DNA of 63,628 nucleotides from NCBI GenBank assembly GCA_964655765.1, contig CAZZNI010000002.1, positions 1 to 63,628 on the forward strand. The letters are read 5' to 3'. Source of the DNA: an uncultured Gammaproteobacteria bacterium (GTDB lineage Bacteria > Patescibacteriota > Microgenomatia > PFEM01 > CAYPPS01). The notes beneath the pieces are model-generated. The model was not told the origin of the DNA, searched no databases, and worked only from the letters and a program-made list of their open reading frames with translations. The stretch's first letter is position 1. Each line of letters starts with the position of its first letter. Positions 47,765 through 56,990 of the stretch are shown here, piece by piece. Both the position numbers and the translations under genes were made by a program.

Positions 47765-48262
47765 ATGGAAGAAGGTTACAACGAACAATCTCCAGTTAAG
47801 GATTTTTCCGCTTCGAAAGACGGTAATTTTGTTAAGTCGGTTTTAGCGCCGGCGCTGATCATTGTCGCTTTAATTATTACCGGTGGAGTAAGCGGTTATT
47901 TTCTCTCCGGCCAGACTTCGACTGTTGGCCGTAGTGTTGGCATTAGTAATAATGACGGCAAGGTCAGTAGTGGCGGTGTGCCGAAGGAAGCCGGGGTTAA
48001 CAACCCAAGCGTTTATAAAGATCAGGCGGCTGGTCGGTTGGAAGAAAACACGAATAAAGATGTTCCTGAGGGCAGTCATAAACTAATTCGTCCCGGCGGT
48101 GACGATCAAACCGCTTATTTGACCAGCTCGGTGCTAGATTTAGACCAATTTTTGGGACAGTGTATTGAGATTTGGGGGCAAACTTACGCCGCTCAAAAAG
48201 CTGGCTGGTTAATGGATGTTGGTCGAGTTAAACTTTTAGATTCTTGCCCCGAAGGGCTTTAA
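47765..48262 (+). CDS. Membrane-anchored hypothetical protein (OB-like C-terminus)
   Basis: Single TM then EGSHKLIRPGG...AGWLMDVGRV. Confidence 0.7.
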   Translation: MEEGYNEQSPVKDFSASKDGNFVKSVLAPALIIVALIITGGVSGYFLSGQTSTVGRSVGISNNDGKVSSGGVPKEAGVNNPSVYKDQAAGRLEENTNKDVPEGSHKLIRPGGDDQTAYLTSSVLDLDQFLGQCIEIWGQTYAAQKAGWLMDVGRVKLLDSCPEGL

Positions 48263-48279
48263 GATTTAAGACTGCCTTA

Positions 48280-48960
48280 ATGATATCTTTTGAGCAAGTT
48301 GATAAAACTTTTGGCCAGCTTGCGGCTTTAGACCAGGTTAATTTTGAACTAAAAGAAGGGGAATTTGCTTTTCTGGTTGGTCAAAGTGGCGCTGGTAAAA
48401 CCACCTTACTTAAATTACTGTTGAGAATTTATACTGCCTCGGCCGGCAAGGTTACTGTTGACGGTACCGATTTAAGCGAAATTAAAAAAAATAAAATTCA
48501 TCTTTACCGACGGAAAATCGGTATTGTTTTTCAGGATTTTCGCCTTTTGGCGGATCAAAATGTTTTGGAAAATGTTTCTCTGCCGTTAAAAATCGCCGGT
48601 AGTGATCCGGCGGTGATTGAAAAGGAAGCCGAAGAAGCGCTCGATTTGGTTGGTTTGAAAGACCGCTTGCTGTCTTTCCCTTCCCAACTATCAGGCGGTG
48701 AGTTGCAGCGGGTTTCTTTGGCCAGATCAATTGTGGCCAATCCGGAAATTGTGCTGGCTGACGAGCCGACTGGTAATCTGGATATTGAAACCGCCAGAGA
48801 CATTATTGGTCTGCTTAAAAAAATAAACCAGTTAGGCAAAACCGTTATTGTGGCGACTCATAATTTTGACATAGTTGACGAAATGAAAGAAAGGGTTTTA
48901 GTTTTAAAAAATGGTAAATTAATTAGTGATGAGAAGAGTGGCAAATATAAATTAGAATGA
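48280..48960 (+). CDS. ftsE: Cell division ATP-binding protein FtsE
   Basis: GQSGAGKT, VFQDFRLL, LSGGE, ADEPTGNLD; upstream of ftsX. Confidence 0.92.
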   Translation: MISFEQVDKTFGQLAALDQVNFELKEGEFAFLVGQSGAGKTTLLKLLLRIYTASAGKVTVDGTDLSEIKKNKIHLYRRKIGIVFQDFRLLADQNVLENVSLPLKIAGSDPAVIEKEAEEALDLVGLKDRLLSFPSQLSGGELQRVSLARSIVANPEIVLADEPTGNLDIETARDIIGLLKKINQLGKTVIVATHNFDIVDEMKERVLVLKNGKLISDEKSGKYKLE

Positions 48961-49832
48961 AAGACCACCTGCACACTACCTGGATATATATTCGCCGGTC
49001 GCCTTATCAGGCGGTAGCGGCTGTGCTGGTAATGTTTTTGGCTTTTTCGGCCGTCAGCGCATTTGTGATTTTAGCCAGCGGTTCACAAATCATTTTGCGC
49101 TATTTTGAGACCAGGCCGCAGATCAGCGCCTTTTTACAGGACGACACCACCTTGGCTCAAGTGGAGACATTGCGAAGCCAATTAGAGACAACCGGTAAGG
49201 TTAAAGAGATTAGATATATCAATAAAGAAGAAGCGCTGGATATTTATAAAAACCTTTTTGCTCAGGAGCCGCTGCTTTTGGAGCTGGTGACGGCTGATGT
49301 TTTGCCGGCCTCACTGGAAGTTTCTACTCAGGAGATTGAATACTTAGGTGAAATAGCGTCTGTCTTACGAGCTTTTCCTCAAGTTGAGGATGTTGTTTTT
49401 CAGGAAGATGTAGCCCAATCATTACAGCAGTGGACAGTAATTTTACGGCAAGTGGGGATTGGATTAATTGCCTTGTTTAATTTGGTTTCTATTTTAGTTG
49501 TTATTATTGTTGTCGGTATTAAGGTAGTTAACCACAAAAAAGAAATTGAAACACAGCGTTTACTTGGCGCCAGTAGCTGGTATGTCCGACTGCCGTTTTT
49601 GTTTGAAGGTATGTTTTACGGCGCAGTTGGTGCCGTTTTGGGCTGGGGGGTTTGTTTCCTGGCCTTGCTTTATTCAACACCGTTGTTAGTTGACTTTTTA
49701 AGTGAAATTCCTATCCTGCCGGTGCCCGCTTGGTTTATGCTGTCGCTTTTGGGAGCAGAGCTGGCTTTGGGACTGTTGGTTGGTTTTGTGTCTGCCTTTT
49801 TAGCCACTAAGCGCTACTTAAACCAACCGTAG
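48957..49832 (+). CDS. ftsX: Cell division permease FtsX
   Basis: TM, extracellular loop (LPASLEV), LLGAS...LPFLFEG, three further TM. Confidence 0.92.
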   Translation: MKDHLHTTWIYIRRSPYQAVAAVLVMFLAFSAVSAFVILASGSQIILRYFETRPQISAFLQDDTTLAQVETLRSQLETTGKVKEIRYINKEEALDIYKNLFAQEPLLLELVTADVLPASLEVSTQEIEYLGEIASVLRAFPQVEDVVFQEDVAQSLQQWTVILRQVGIGLIALFNLVSILVVIIVVGIKVVNHKKEIETQRLLGASSWYVRLPFLFEGMFYGAVGAVLGWGVCFLALLYSTPLLVDFLSEIPILPVPAWFMLSLLGAELALGLLVGFVSAFLATKRYLNQP

Positions 49833-49847
49833 GCAATTATTAAAAAA

Positions 49848-51068
49848 ATGACGGTCGTTAAGAAAATTTTCTTACCATTATTGCTGTGTGTTTTGCCGCT
49901 TTTTTTTCTTCATTTTGGTTTTGCCCGGGCGATTGGGCTGAAAGACTGCGAAGAAAAATTGGGTAAAGGTGAGCTGGACTTACAAGAAGCTAGAGATTGC
50001 GAAGTTCTTTTGGACAGCCTTTATAAAGAAGCTTCGGCTAAAAAGAAAAGCCTGCAGTCAGAAGTTGCCCGGTTTAACGCCGCCATTGGCTTAACGACGA
50101 CAAAAATTTATTCGACCAACAAAGAAATTGAGACGCTGGAACAGGAAATTGTTAGCTTATCAGGCAAAATCGGTAAACTTGATCTTTCTTTAAATAAAAT
50201 TTCCGCTATTTTAGTTAGCCGGATTGTCCAAACCTATAAATCCGGTGCTCCTGACATGTTTTCGGTTCTTTTTACTTCCCAGGACTTAAGTCAGCTTTTT
50301 TCAAGATTAGCCTATTTACGGTCGGCCCAGCTTCATGACCGAGAACTAATGTTTGAACTGGAGTCGGTCAGGACTGACTTTGAGGACAGGAAAACTTTAA
50401 AAGAAGAAAAACAAACCGAATTGGAAGAGGCAAGAGTAAAACTGGAAAACCAAAAGGCCTTACTGGCAACCCAAAAAACTGACAAGGAACGGTTGCTGGC
50501 GGAAACCAGAAACAGCGAGGCTCGTTATCAGGAACTGCTGGCGACTTCCCGGGCAGAGATAGAAGCGATTCAGGGCATTATTGCCGGCCGGGGTCAGGAA
50601 ACACAGGCCGGTGGTGTTAATGAGGGAGAAAGAATCGCCAGTATTATCCCTGGTGCTTCAGCTTGTTCAACCGGTACTCATTTGCATTTCGAGGTTCGGG
50701 AAGGCAATAATGTTAAAAACCCACTCAGCTTTTTGACAAATATCAGCCTTGATAATTGTTCGGGGTCAAGATGCGGCAGTGATGATGGTGATCCAGCACA
50801 GGGCACAGGCGATTGGAATTGGCCGTTAAATGATCCGGTTAAGTTTAATCAGGGATTTGGTTATTCTAAGGCAATTGCCTCTGGTTATCTTTGGTACTCT
50901 TCTCATACTGGTATTGATATTGCTTCACCCGATTTGATTGTCAAGTCGGTTAAAAGAGGCCAACTTTACCGAGGGGCGATTGGTTGCGGCGGCGGAACCT
51001 TGCGTTATGTTCGGGTTGATCACGATGACTCGGATATTGATACTTATTATTTGCATGTTAATTATTAA
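49848..51068 (+). CDS. Coiled-coil murein hydrolase/activator (EnvC-like) with permuted M23 domain
   Basis: Signal, long coiled coil, STGTHLHFEV then HTGID...YYLH; follows ftsEX. Confidence 0.8.
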   Translation: MTVVKKIFLPLLLCVLPLFFLHFGFARAIGLKDCEEKLGKGELDLQEARDCEVLLDSLYKEASAKKKSLQSEVARFNAAIGLTTTKIYSTNKEIETLEQEIVSLSGKIGKLDLSLNKISAILVSRIVQTYKSGAPDMFSVLFTSQDLSQLFSRLAYLRSAQLHDRELMFELESVRTDFEDRKTLKEEKQTELEEARVKLENQKALLATQKTDKERLLAETRNSEARYQELLATSRAEIEAIQGIIAGRGQETQAGGVNEGERIASIIPGASACSTGTHLHFEVREGNNVKNPLSFLTNISLDNCSGSRCGSDDGDPAQGTGDWNWPLNDPVKFNQGFGYSKAIASGYLWYSSHTGIDIASPDLIVKSVKRGQLYRGAIGCGGGTLRYVRVDHDDSDIDTYYLHVNY

Positions 51069-51092
51069 AAAATGAGCTAATTTCTTAATCCC

Positions 51093-52211
51093 ATGCCTGC
51101 CCCGAGTTTAATTAAACTTGCTGTTGGTTTTTTGACCGCCTTGGCGGTCTTTTTCTTTTTTAAGGGGCAAATTTTGGCCCAGGTAGTAATAAACGAGTTT
51201 TTGCCCAATCCGTCCGGCAGTTCCAGTGAATTAGACGAGTGGGTAGAACTTTATAATTCAGGCGAAGAACCGGTCGATCTCTCCGGATGGAAGTTGGATG
51301 ATATCGCTGACGGGGGAAGCAGTCCGTACCAATTTAGCAGTGAGACAATCGCCCCCAAAGGCTTTTTGGTTTTAACTAAGGGAGAAACAGGAGTTGCTTT
51401 GAATAATTCTGGTGATAGTGTTCGTCTTTTAGACAAAGATGGTAACGCAGTTGATGATTGTGTTTATGAAGCTGATATCGGTGAGGATAAATCTCTTGCC
51501 CGTGTTCCGGACGGGGGTAGTGTTTGGTTTATTCTGGAGAATCCAACCAGAGGTGGAACAAATTCTTCACAGGCGGTGACTGGTAGCCCGACATCTGGCC
51601 CCACTTCAACAAGTTTACCCACCCCGACGGAAACAGTTAAGGCAACTTGTCTTGTTAATTCACCAACCGACCCGTCCGGTAATGTGCTAACTAGCGTAAA
51701 AATTTATGTTGACGGGCAATATATTCACCACTACGCTCCGGAGAGTTTGTCTTTTGGGTCGGACTGTTTTTGCGATGACGACAAGCAAATTTCTTGCGAT
51801 TTTGGCAAGCATACAATTACCTTGGAAAAAAACGGTTATGAACCGAAAACAATTGAAAAGGAATTTTCACCGGGGACGAAGACTGAAGTGAATCTGGTTT
51901 TGGATAAAATGGCGGTGATTATTGCCGGGAATACTTCGACTCCGACTCCGACTCCAACCTCGTCTCCTGGCTCGACATTGGCTTTGGCCGCTACTTCAGC
52001 CAGATTATCCTCTGACTCGGGAGAAGTTTTGGGCCAGACTGCTACCGAAAGTGCTTTTTATCCTTTGGAAGGCAGTCGAGCCGCTGTTGCCTCGTCAACG
52101 CCGGGCGTTGAGGCAAAAGGACAGTCATTTTGGCCGTGGGTGATTTTAAGCAGTGGTTTTGTTTTTCTTTTTTCTGCCGCCTTTTTGGGTTACAAGCGTC
52201 TCACACCCTGA
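51093..52211 (+). CDS. Lamin-tail domain surface protein with PEGA-like domain and C-terminal TM
   Basis: VINEFLPNP, EWVELYN, DLSGWKL, LNNSGD; PT linkers; GEVLG. Confidence 0.85.
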   Translation: MPAPSLIKLAVGFLTALAVFFFFKGQILAQVVINEFLPNPSGSSSELDEWVELYNSGEEPVDLSGWKLDDIADGGSSPYQFSSETIAPKGFLVLTKGETGVALNNSGDSVRLLDKDGNAVDDCVYEADIGEDKSLARVPDGGSVWFILENPTRGGTNSSQAVTGSPTSGPTSTSLPTPTETVKATCLVNSPTDPSGNVLTSVKIYVDGQYIHHYAPESLSFGSDCFCDDDKQISCDFGKHTITLEKNGYEPKTIEKEFSPGTKTEVNLVLDKMAVIIAGNTSTPTPTPTSSPGSTLALAATSARLSSDSGEVLGQTATESAFYPLEGSRAAVASSTPGVEAKGQSFWPWVILSSGFVFLFSAAFLGYKRLTP

Positions 52212-52929
52212 AGGTGTGATAAAAATATCTTATGATGATTAGAAAAACTCCTTTAATTACAAATGAAATTTACCATGTCTATAATCGTAGTGTTGCCCAA
52301 CAGCCGATTTTTACTGGTGATAAAGAATGCCGACACTTTTTAGATTTAATAAATTTTTATCGATTTAAAGATAATTCTTTGCGTCTTTCTTATTTTTCGA
52401 GGCTTCCGGCAAAAAATAAAGAAAAATATTTGTCCTCTCAGTATTTATCGGAGGAACATGTTAAGGTACTCTCTTTTTGTATTATGCCTAATCATTATCA
52501 TTTTTTATTAGAGCAAAGTATTGATTTCGGGATAACTAATTTCTTGAAGTTAGTTCAGAATGGTTACGCTAAATATTTTAATATTAAATTGAAAAGATCC
52601 GGGGCTCTTTTTTTCCATTCTTTTAAAGCAGTTGGAGTGGAGAACGAAGAGCAGTTTTTGTACACAGCACGTTATATTCATTTAAACCCTCTCACTTCTT
52701 TCTTATTAAAAGCGCCTGAGGAATTGAAGACTTATGAATGGAGCTCTTATTTTGATTATATTTCCGATAACCCGCGCCCCTTTATAGATACAGAAAAATT
52801 GACTAGTTTGCTTAAAACAAAGGACGCCTTTGCACGATTCACATTGAATCAATTGGATTACCAAAGGAAACTAGAGCAAATTAAACACCTCTGTTTTGAA
52901 GATTAGCCTTCACACCTTCAGGGTGTGAT
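52201..52929. mobile_element. REP-associated tyrosine transposase element bounded by inverted palindromes
   Basis: Left TCACACC-CTGAA-GGTGTGA (~52201-52219) and right TCACACC-TTCAG-GGTGTGA (~52910-52928) are exact reverse complements. Confidence 0.8.
52232..52906 (+). CDS. REP-associated tyrosine (HUH Y1) transposase
   Basis: YHVYNRS, CIMPNHYHFLL (HUH), YIHLNP, YEWSSY. Confidence 0.9.
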   Translation: MMIRKTPLITNEIYHVYNRSVAQQPIFTGDKECRHFLDLINFYRFKDNSLRLSYFSRLPAKNKEKYLSSQYLSEEHVKVLSFCIMPNHYHFLLEQSIDFGITNFLKLVQNGYAKYFNIKLKRSGALFFHSFKAVGVENEEQFLYTARYIHLNPLTSFLLKAPEELKTYEWSSYFDYISDNPRPFIDTEKLTSLLKTKDAFARFTLNQLDYQRKLEQIKHLCFED

Positions 52930-52986
52930 AAAGTGTGACAGTCTTTTTCTTTTTACCAGCGCCTTTTTAGGTTACAATCGTTTAAA

Positions 52987-53370
52987 GTGAAACGGTTTTT
53001 ATTTTATCTTAATCGCCTTCTGCCGCCGGTTTTATGGATGGCGGTTTTGTTTTATCTTTCTTCCATTTCCAATTTAAAAGCGGTAGCTGATCCCCAGCAA
53101 GATGAATTATTAAGAACCGTGGCTCATTTTCTTTTTTATACCGCAGGCTATGGATTATTTTTCCGAGCCTTCTTGAGCAAGAAAGCTAATTACATTTTAC
53201 CGTTATTACTGGTTTTACTTTATGCTCTTTTTGATGAAATTCACCAACACTTCGTTCCGGTACGAACTTTTCAATTACAGGATTTATTAGTTGACGGACT
53301 GGGAGCCTGTTTGGGATTAATAATTCTACAAGAGCAGCGATTGGTTAAACTAATTGGCCGACTGGGTTAA
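52987..53370 (+). CDS. VanZ family membrane protein
   Basis: WMAVLFYLSS, AHFLFY, YALFDEIHQHFVPVR, DLLVD. Confidence 0.9.
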   Translation: MKRFLFYLNRLLPPVLWMAVLFYLSSISNLKAVADPQQDELLRTVAHFLFYTAGYGLFFRAFLSKKANYILPLLLVLLYALFDEIHQHFVPVRTFQLQDLLVDGLGACLGLIILQEQRLVKLIGRLG

Positions 53371-53453
53371 TCATTAGGCTACTTCTTGACAGTCCTTTTT
53401 AAAAAGGTTATTGTTGCTTTAATGCCCTCCGACCTGGAGGGTTTTTAAGTCTT

Positions 53454-53627
53454 ATGAAGCAGTCGAAACAATTAACTTTCGGACCTAGATTATTGGACGA
53501 CCTGAGTCAGTCTTTAAAGACATTGGAGGGGTGGGGCAGCGTTGAAATTTTTGTTCAAAATAATAAAATTACTCAAATTTCGGCCCGTAAAATTAAGAAA
53601 ACCAACCATTCGGTAAAATCACTATAA
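53454..53627 (+). CDS. DUF2292/YezD-like small protein (57 aa, below the ORF-track cutoff)
   Basis: MKQSKQLTFGPRLLDDLSQSLKTLEGWGSVEIFVQNNKITQISARKIKKTNHSVKSL; the GSVEIxVQxxxITQI pattern; own TTGACA-17-TATTGT promoter at 53386-53414. Confidence 0.75.
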   Translation: MKQSKQLTFGPRLLDDLSQSLKTLEGWGSVEIFVQNNKITQISARKIKKTNHSVKSL

Positions 53628-53655
53628 TCCCCGGTAAATCGCTCCTTTGTTAATC

Positions 53656-53785
53656 TTGACAACGGGTAAAAATTACTATAATGTAATTGTAAAGCTAGAG
53701 TTTAATAACTTATAGTTTTATTACTATAAGACGCTGACCGCAAACGGAGGCACCTGAAAATTTTTTGGGTGTCTCTTTTGTTTTT
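53656..53785 (+). promoter_or_regulatory. Promoter plus overlapping hairpin/terminator leader
   Basis: TTGACA at 53656 with TATAAT/TAATGT at 53677-53684; GCTGACCG-CAAA-CGGAGGC (53733-53751) overlaps terminator GAGGCACC...GGTGTCTC-TTTTGTTTTT (53747-53785). Confidence 0.7.
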
Positions 53786-53943
53786 AAACTTTAACTTGCC
53801 TGTATGAGAATTAGTAATCTGCCCAAAACACCAGGCTTGTTTTCGGTTCCCACAGCCCAACGGCTATTTTTTGTCCCCTTTTTATCTTTTTCAGAACTTT
53901 TTTCAACTAGAATCTTTTCAAACGGAAAGGAGGTGAAGAAATA

Positions 53944-54486
53944 ATGAAGAAATTAATTGCTTTTTTAAGTGCTACTTTAATGTTGGTGGCAGTTGCCGCT
54001 CCGGCTTTAGCTGGAAGCCCTTGTGGGCAGTGCAAGCTGCCGAAACAAGGTATCTGTTGTCCAAGTGTTGAAATCTCAAACGACAACATGGCTGTTGTAA
54101 CAACTGGCGCTACATCTTACAGCAATAGTGGTGGTAATACTCAGACAAATACAGGTATGTCTTTGGGTAGCAGCAATAGTATTGTTGCTGGGGATTCTTA
54201 TTCGACAGCTCTATCCGCTAGCCAAGTTAACAGCAATACTAATACTGTTAGGACTTGGAACTCAGTCGGTGGAGTTGAGGTTAGGAATGGAAACGGAGCC
54301 TTTGTAGTGACGGATGCTTTTGCTGATTCTAACAGTGGCAGAAATAGCCAAACAAATACTGGTTTTAGTTGTGGTACTAACACAATTCGGACTGGTCTGT
54401 CTAATTCTTACTCTGATTCGCTTAGTATTGTTAATAGTAATACTAATACGGTCAGGAGTTGGGGGACTTGGGTAATGCCAAGATAA
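53944..54486 (+). CDS. Secreted Asn/Ser/Thr-rich two-repeat protein (candidate fibre subunit)
   Basis: Perfect SD, signal peptide, Cys-rich N-terminus, two ~65-aa repeats. Confidence 0.8.
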   Translation: MKKLIAFLSATLMLVAVAAPALAGSPCGQCKLPKQGICCPSVEISNDNMAVVTTGATSYSNSGGNTQTNTGMSLGSSNSIVAGDSYSTALSASQVNSNTNTVRTWNSVGGVEVRNGNGAFVVTDAFADSNSGRNSQTNTGFSCGTNTIRTGLSNSYSDSLSIVNSNTNTVRSWGTWVMPR

Positions 54487-54495
54487 TCTGTTTTT

Positions 54496-54544
54496 ACTGG
54501 CAGGGCGCGGGGGGAGCTTGACTTCCCTCGGCCCGGTGGCCAGT
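54496..54544 (+). terminator. GC-rich intergenic stem-loop
   Basis: ACTGGC...GCCAGT outer stem with inner GGGC/GCCC and GGGAG/CTTCC pairing, followed by TTT. Confidence 0.6.
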
Positions 54545-54582
54545 TTGTTAAGTTAGTTTTTTAGATTTAAATAAGGATAATT

Positions 54583-56988
54583 TTGAAAGGTAGACTGTTA
54601 AAAAGATTACTTAGCTGTTATTTAAGCCTGTTTTTACTTCTCGGGCCTTTCTTTTCCGTTTTGCTTTATGCTCAAGAGAGCGAACCGTCGTCAGCAGAGG
54701 AAACAGTAGTTGTTGTGCAAGAGAGTTCGCCTGTCGAAGAAATAATAGAAACAGGCGATGCCGTTTCCGTTAGTGATGGCTTAACTGAAGTTAATCAGAA
54801 TGTTAATTTAATCGAAGAAACCGTAACTGATGAAACAACTGACGAGTGTAGTGATGATTGCCTTGTGGTTGAAATTGAAAACAGCAATCAGGCGACAGTT
54901 GCCGCTCAAGTTGAAGCCGAAGCCAACAGCGGTGACAACTCGATTGAAGTGGCGACCGATTCAGCCGGTTTAGAGCAGGCGGTTATTGACACCGGTCAGG
55001 CTTTAGCGGTTGCCAATAACGCGGTGGTGGTTAACACCAATCTTACCGGCAGTGATTTTGAATATTCTGTTTTAACTGATGAAGATTTATCAGGCGGAGC
55101 TGATTTTTCGACAAATTGGCAGGAATTTGAAGAAGAAGCTGGCAATCAGAATAGCAGTGCTCAAGTCGTGGTAGTGGCAAATGAAAATTTAGCCGATGTT
55201 AATTTGACCACCGTGGCAATTGCCAACAGCGGTAACAATTTAATCGATGGGGCGGCGATTGGCCAAATCGAAACCGGTGACAGTATTGCCCTGGCAAACA
55301 GTGTTGCCATTGTTAATACTAATTTCACCAACAGTGAATTTCTTTACACGGTTATTAATATTTTTGACACCCTTGAAGGTGACTTGGTTTTCCCCAGCCC
55401 TGACTATTTTTTAGCTGATAGCCAGGCGGTAGTTTTATCATCGGAGATTGAAATTATCAACAACAACAAGGCTGGGGTTGATAATCAAACAATCAGCAGC
55501 GCCGATAGTGGCGGCAATTTGATTACCGGTAATGGTCAATTAATAATCGAGACCGGTCAGGCAGTGTCAGTCAGTAATGTTTTTAACTGGATTAACCAGA
55601 ATTTTGTCGGTGTTTCTTTTTTTAGCCTGCTTTTTAATAATTTTGGAAACTGGGACGGGCAGCTGCTTAATTGGCAGGGCGCTGGCACTGTTACTAATTT
55701 AGGTCAAGGCAGTTACTTGTTCCAATTTGGTAGTCAACCGGATGAGTCGGTTGGTGTTGTTAACCAGAATGACTGCTGTTCTGCGCTAGCGGTAGAAAAT
55801 GAAAACCAAGCAACAGTTAATACCACTACTACCGCCTCGGCTGTCAGCGGTGATAATATTATTTCCGGTTTGGGTAACGGTGAGATTAAAACTGGCCAAG
55901 CCTTGGCGGTGGCTAATTCGACCAGTGTAGTTAACAGCAATTTTGTTAACAGCAAAGTCTTTTTTGGCATCTTTAACTTATTTGGGCTCTTTAAAGGCAA
56001 CCTGGTTTTTGCCTATCCTGATTTGGAAATTGAGATCACTGATAATCGGGATGAAGTTTTACCTGGTGAGGAATTGGCTTATGTCATCCATTATCGTAAC
56101 TCTGGCCAGGCACCAGCCAGAAATGTGACCATCCATCAACAAACAAACCCTCAGCTTAATTTGTTGTCTGTCAATAGTCCGCAGCCGGTTGTTAACGGCA
56201 ATGATTTTGACTGGTTTTTAGAAGAACTGGCCCCGGGTCAGGAAGGTAAAATTACCGTTGTGATGGAAGTGGCTGGCGAGGCGGTTGAAGATGATTTGGT
56301 CAGTCCGATTATTATCGAAAGCCAGGATCAAGACATTGACAGGGAAAATAATTTTGCCCAGGATTTAACCAGATTAGTTTTTCCTGATCCACAGCCAGCT
56401 TCGGTACCTGATAATGATCAAGACAATGACAACACCAGTAATGACAACAACAACCAGCCGGAATTAATAATTACTTCTTCTAATAATGTCGCTGATTTTA
56501 TTTATCCCGGTGACAGCTTGCTTTTTAAAGTGGTAGTTAAAAATCAGGGTGATGGTTTGGCGGAAGATGTGCTGTTATTTAACCAGCTTTACAACCAGAT
56601 CCCCGATCCTTTAGATGAAGCCGGGTTACCGATTGGCAACTTGGAACCAGGCGAGGAAAAAGTAATTGAATTTGGCTATCAGTTGCCGGCAGACCCCACT
56701 ATGGTTCACCCCGGCACTTACCGACTGGAATCGTGGCTGGAGGGTAGTAATGTTGCCGGTGATTTAGTTTTTTCGTCTGTCAGCAAAACTTATTTTCAAG
56801 TTAGACTAAAGAATCAGACGGCCGGATTAATTGAAACGGTTCAGGCGGCTGAAAACGAACAAGTTTTGGGAGCATCTCAAGCTTGTTCAGGTTCTGACAG
56901 TGAAGAAAAATTGCTGCCCTACTTATTGCTTTTTGCTATGTCTGGCCTTTGGCTGGTGGAAAAGGGTCGGCGGTTTTTAGTAAATTAG
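54583..56988 (+). CDS. Large surface protein: Asn-rich repeats, two DUF11/CARDB-like Ig domains, C-terminal TM
   Basis: Repeats NxNxAxV...[AS][ND]SGxN...IxTGxA; YVIHYRNSG and FKVVVKNQG domains; EQVLGAS, TM, KGRR. Confidence 0.8.
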   Translation: MKGRLLKRLLSCYLSLFLLLGPFFSVLLYAQESEPSSAEETVVVVQESSPVEEIIETGDAVSVSDGLTEVNQNVNLIEETVTDETTDECSDDCLVVEIENSNQATVAAQVEAEANSGDNSIEVATDSAGLEQAVIDTGQALAVANNAVVVNTNLTGSDFEYSVLTDEDLSGGADFSTNWQEFEEEAGNQNSSAQVVVVANENLADVNLTTVAIANSGNNLIDGAAIGQIETGDSIALANSVAIVNTNFTNSEFLYTVINIFDTLEGDLVFPSPDYFLADSQAVVLSSEIEIINNNKAGVDNQTISSADSGGNLITGNGQLIIETGQAVSVSNVFNWINQNFVGVSFFSLLFNNFGNWDGQLLNWQGAGTVTNLGQGSYLFQFGSQPDESVGVVNQNDCCSALAVENENQATVNTTTTASAVSGDNIISGLGNGEIKTGQALAVANSTSVVNSNFVNSKVFFGIFNLFGLFKGNLVFAYPDLEIEITDNRDEVLPGEELAYVIHYRNSGQAPARNVTIHQQTNPQLNLLSVNSPQPVVNGNDFDWFLEELAPGQEGKITVVMEVAGEAVEDDLVSPIIIESQDQDIDRENNFAQDLTRLVFPDPQPASVPDNDQDNDNTSNDNNNQPELIITSSNNVADFIYPGDSLLFKVVVKNQGDGLAEDVLLFNQLYNQIPDPLDEAGLPIGNLEPGEEKVIEFGYQLPADPTMVHPGTYRLESWLEGSNVAGDLVFSSVSKTYFQVRLKNQTAGLIETVQAAENEQVLGASQACSGSDSEEKLLPYLLLFAMSGLWLVEKGRRFLVN

Positions 56989-56990
56989 AA

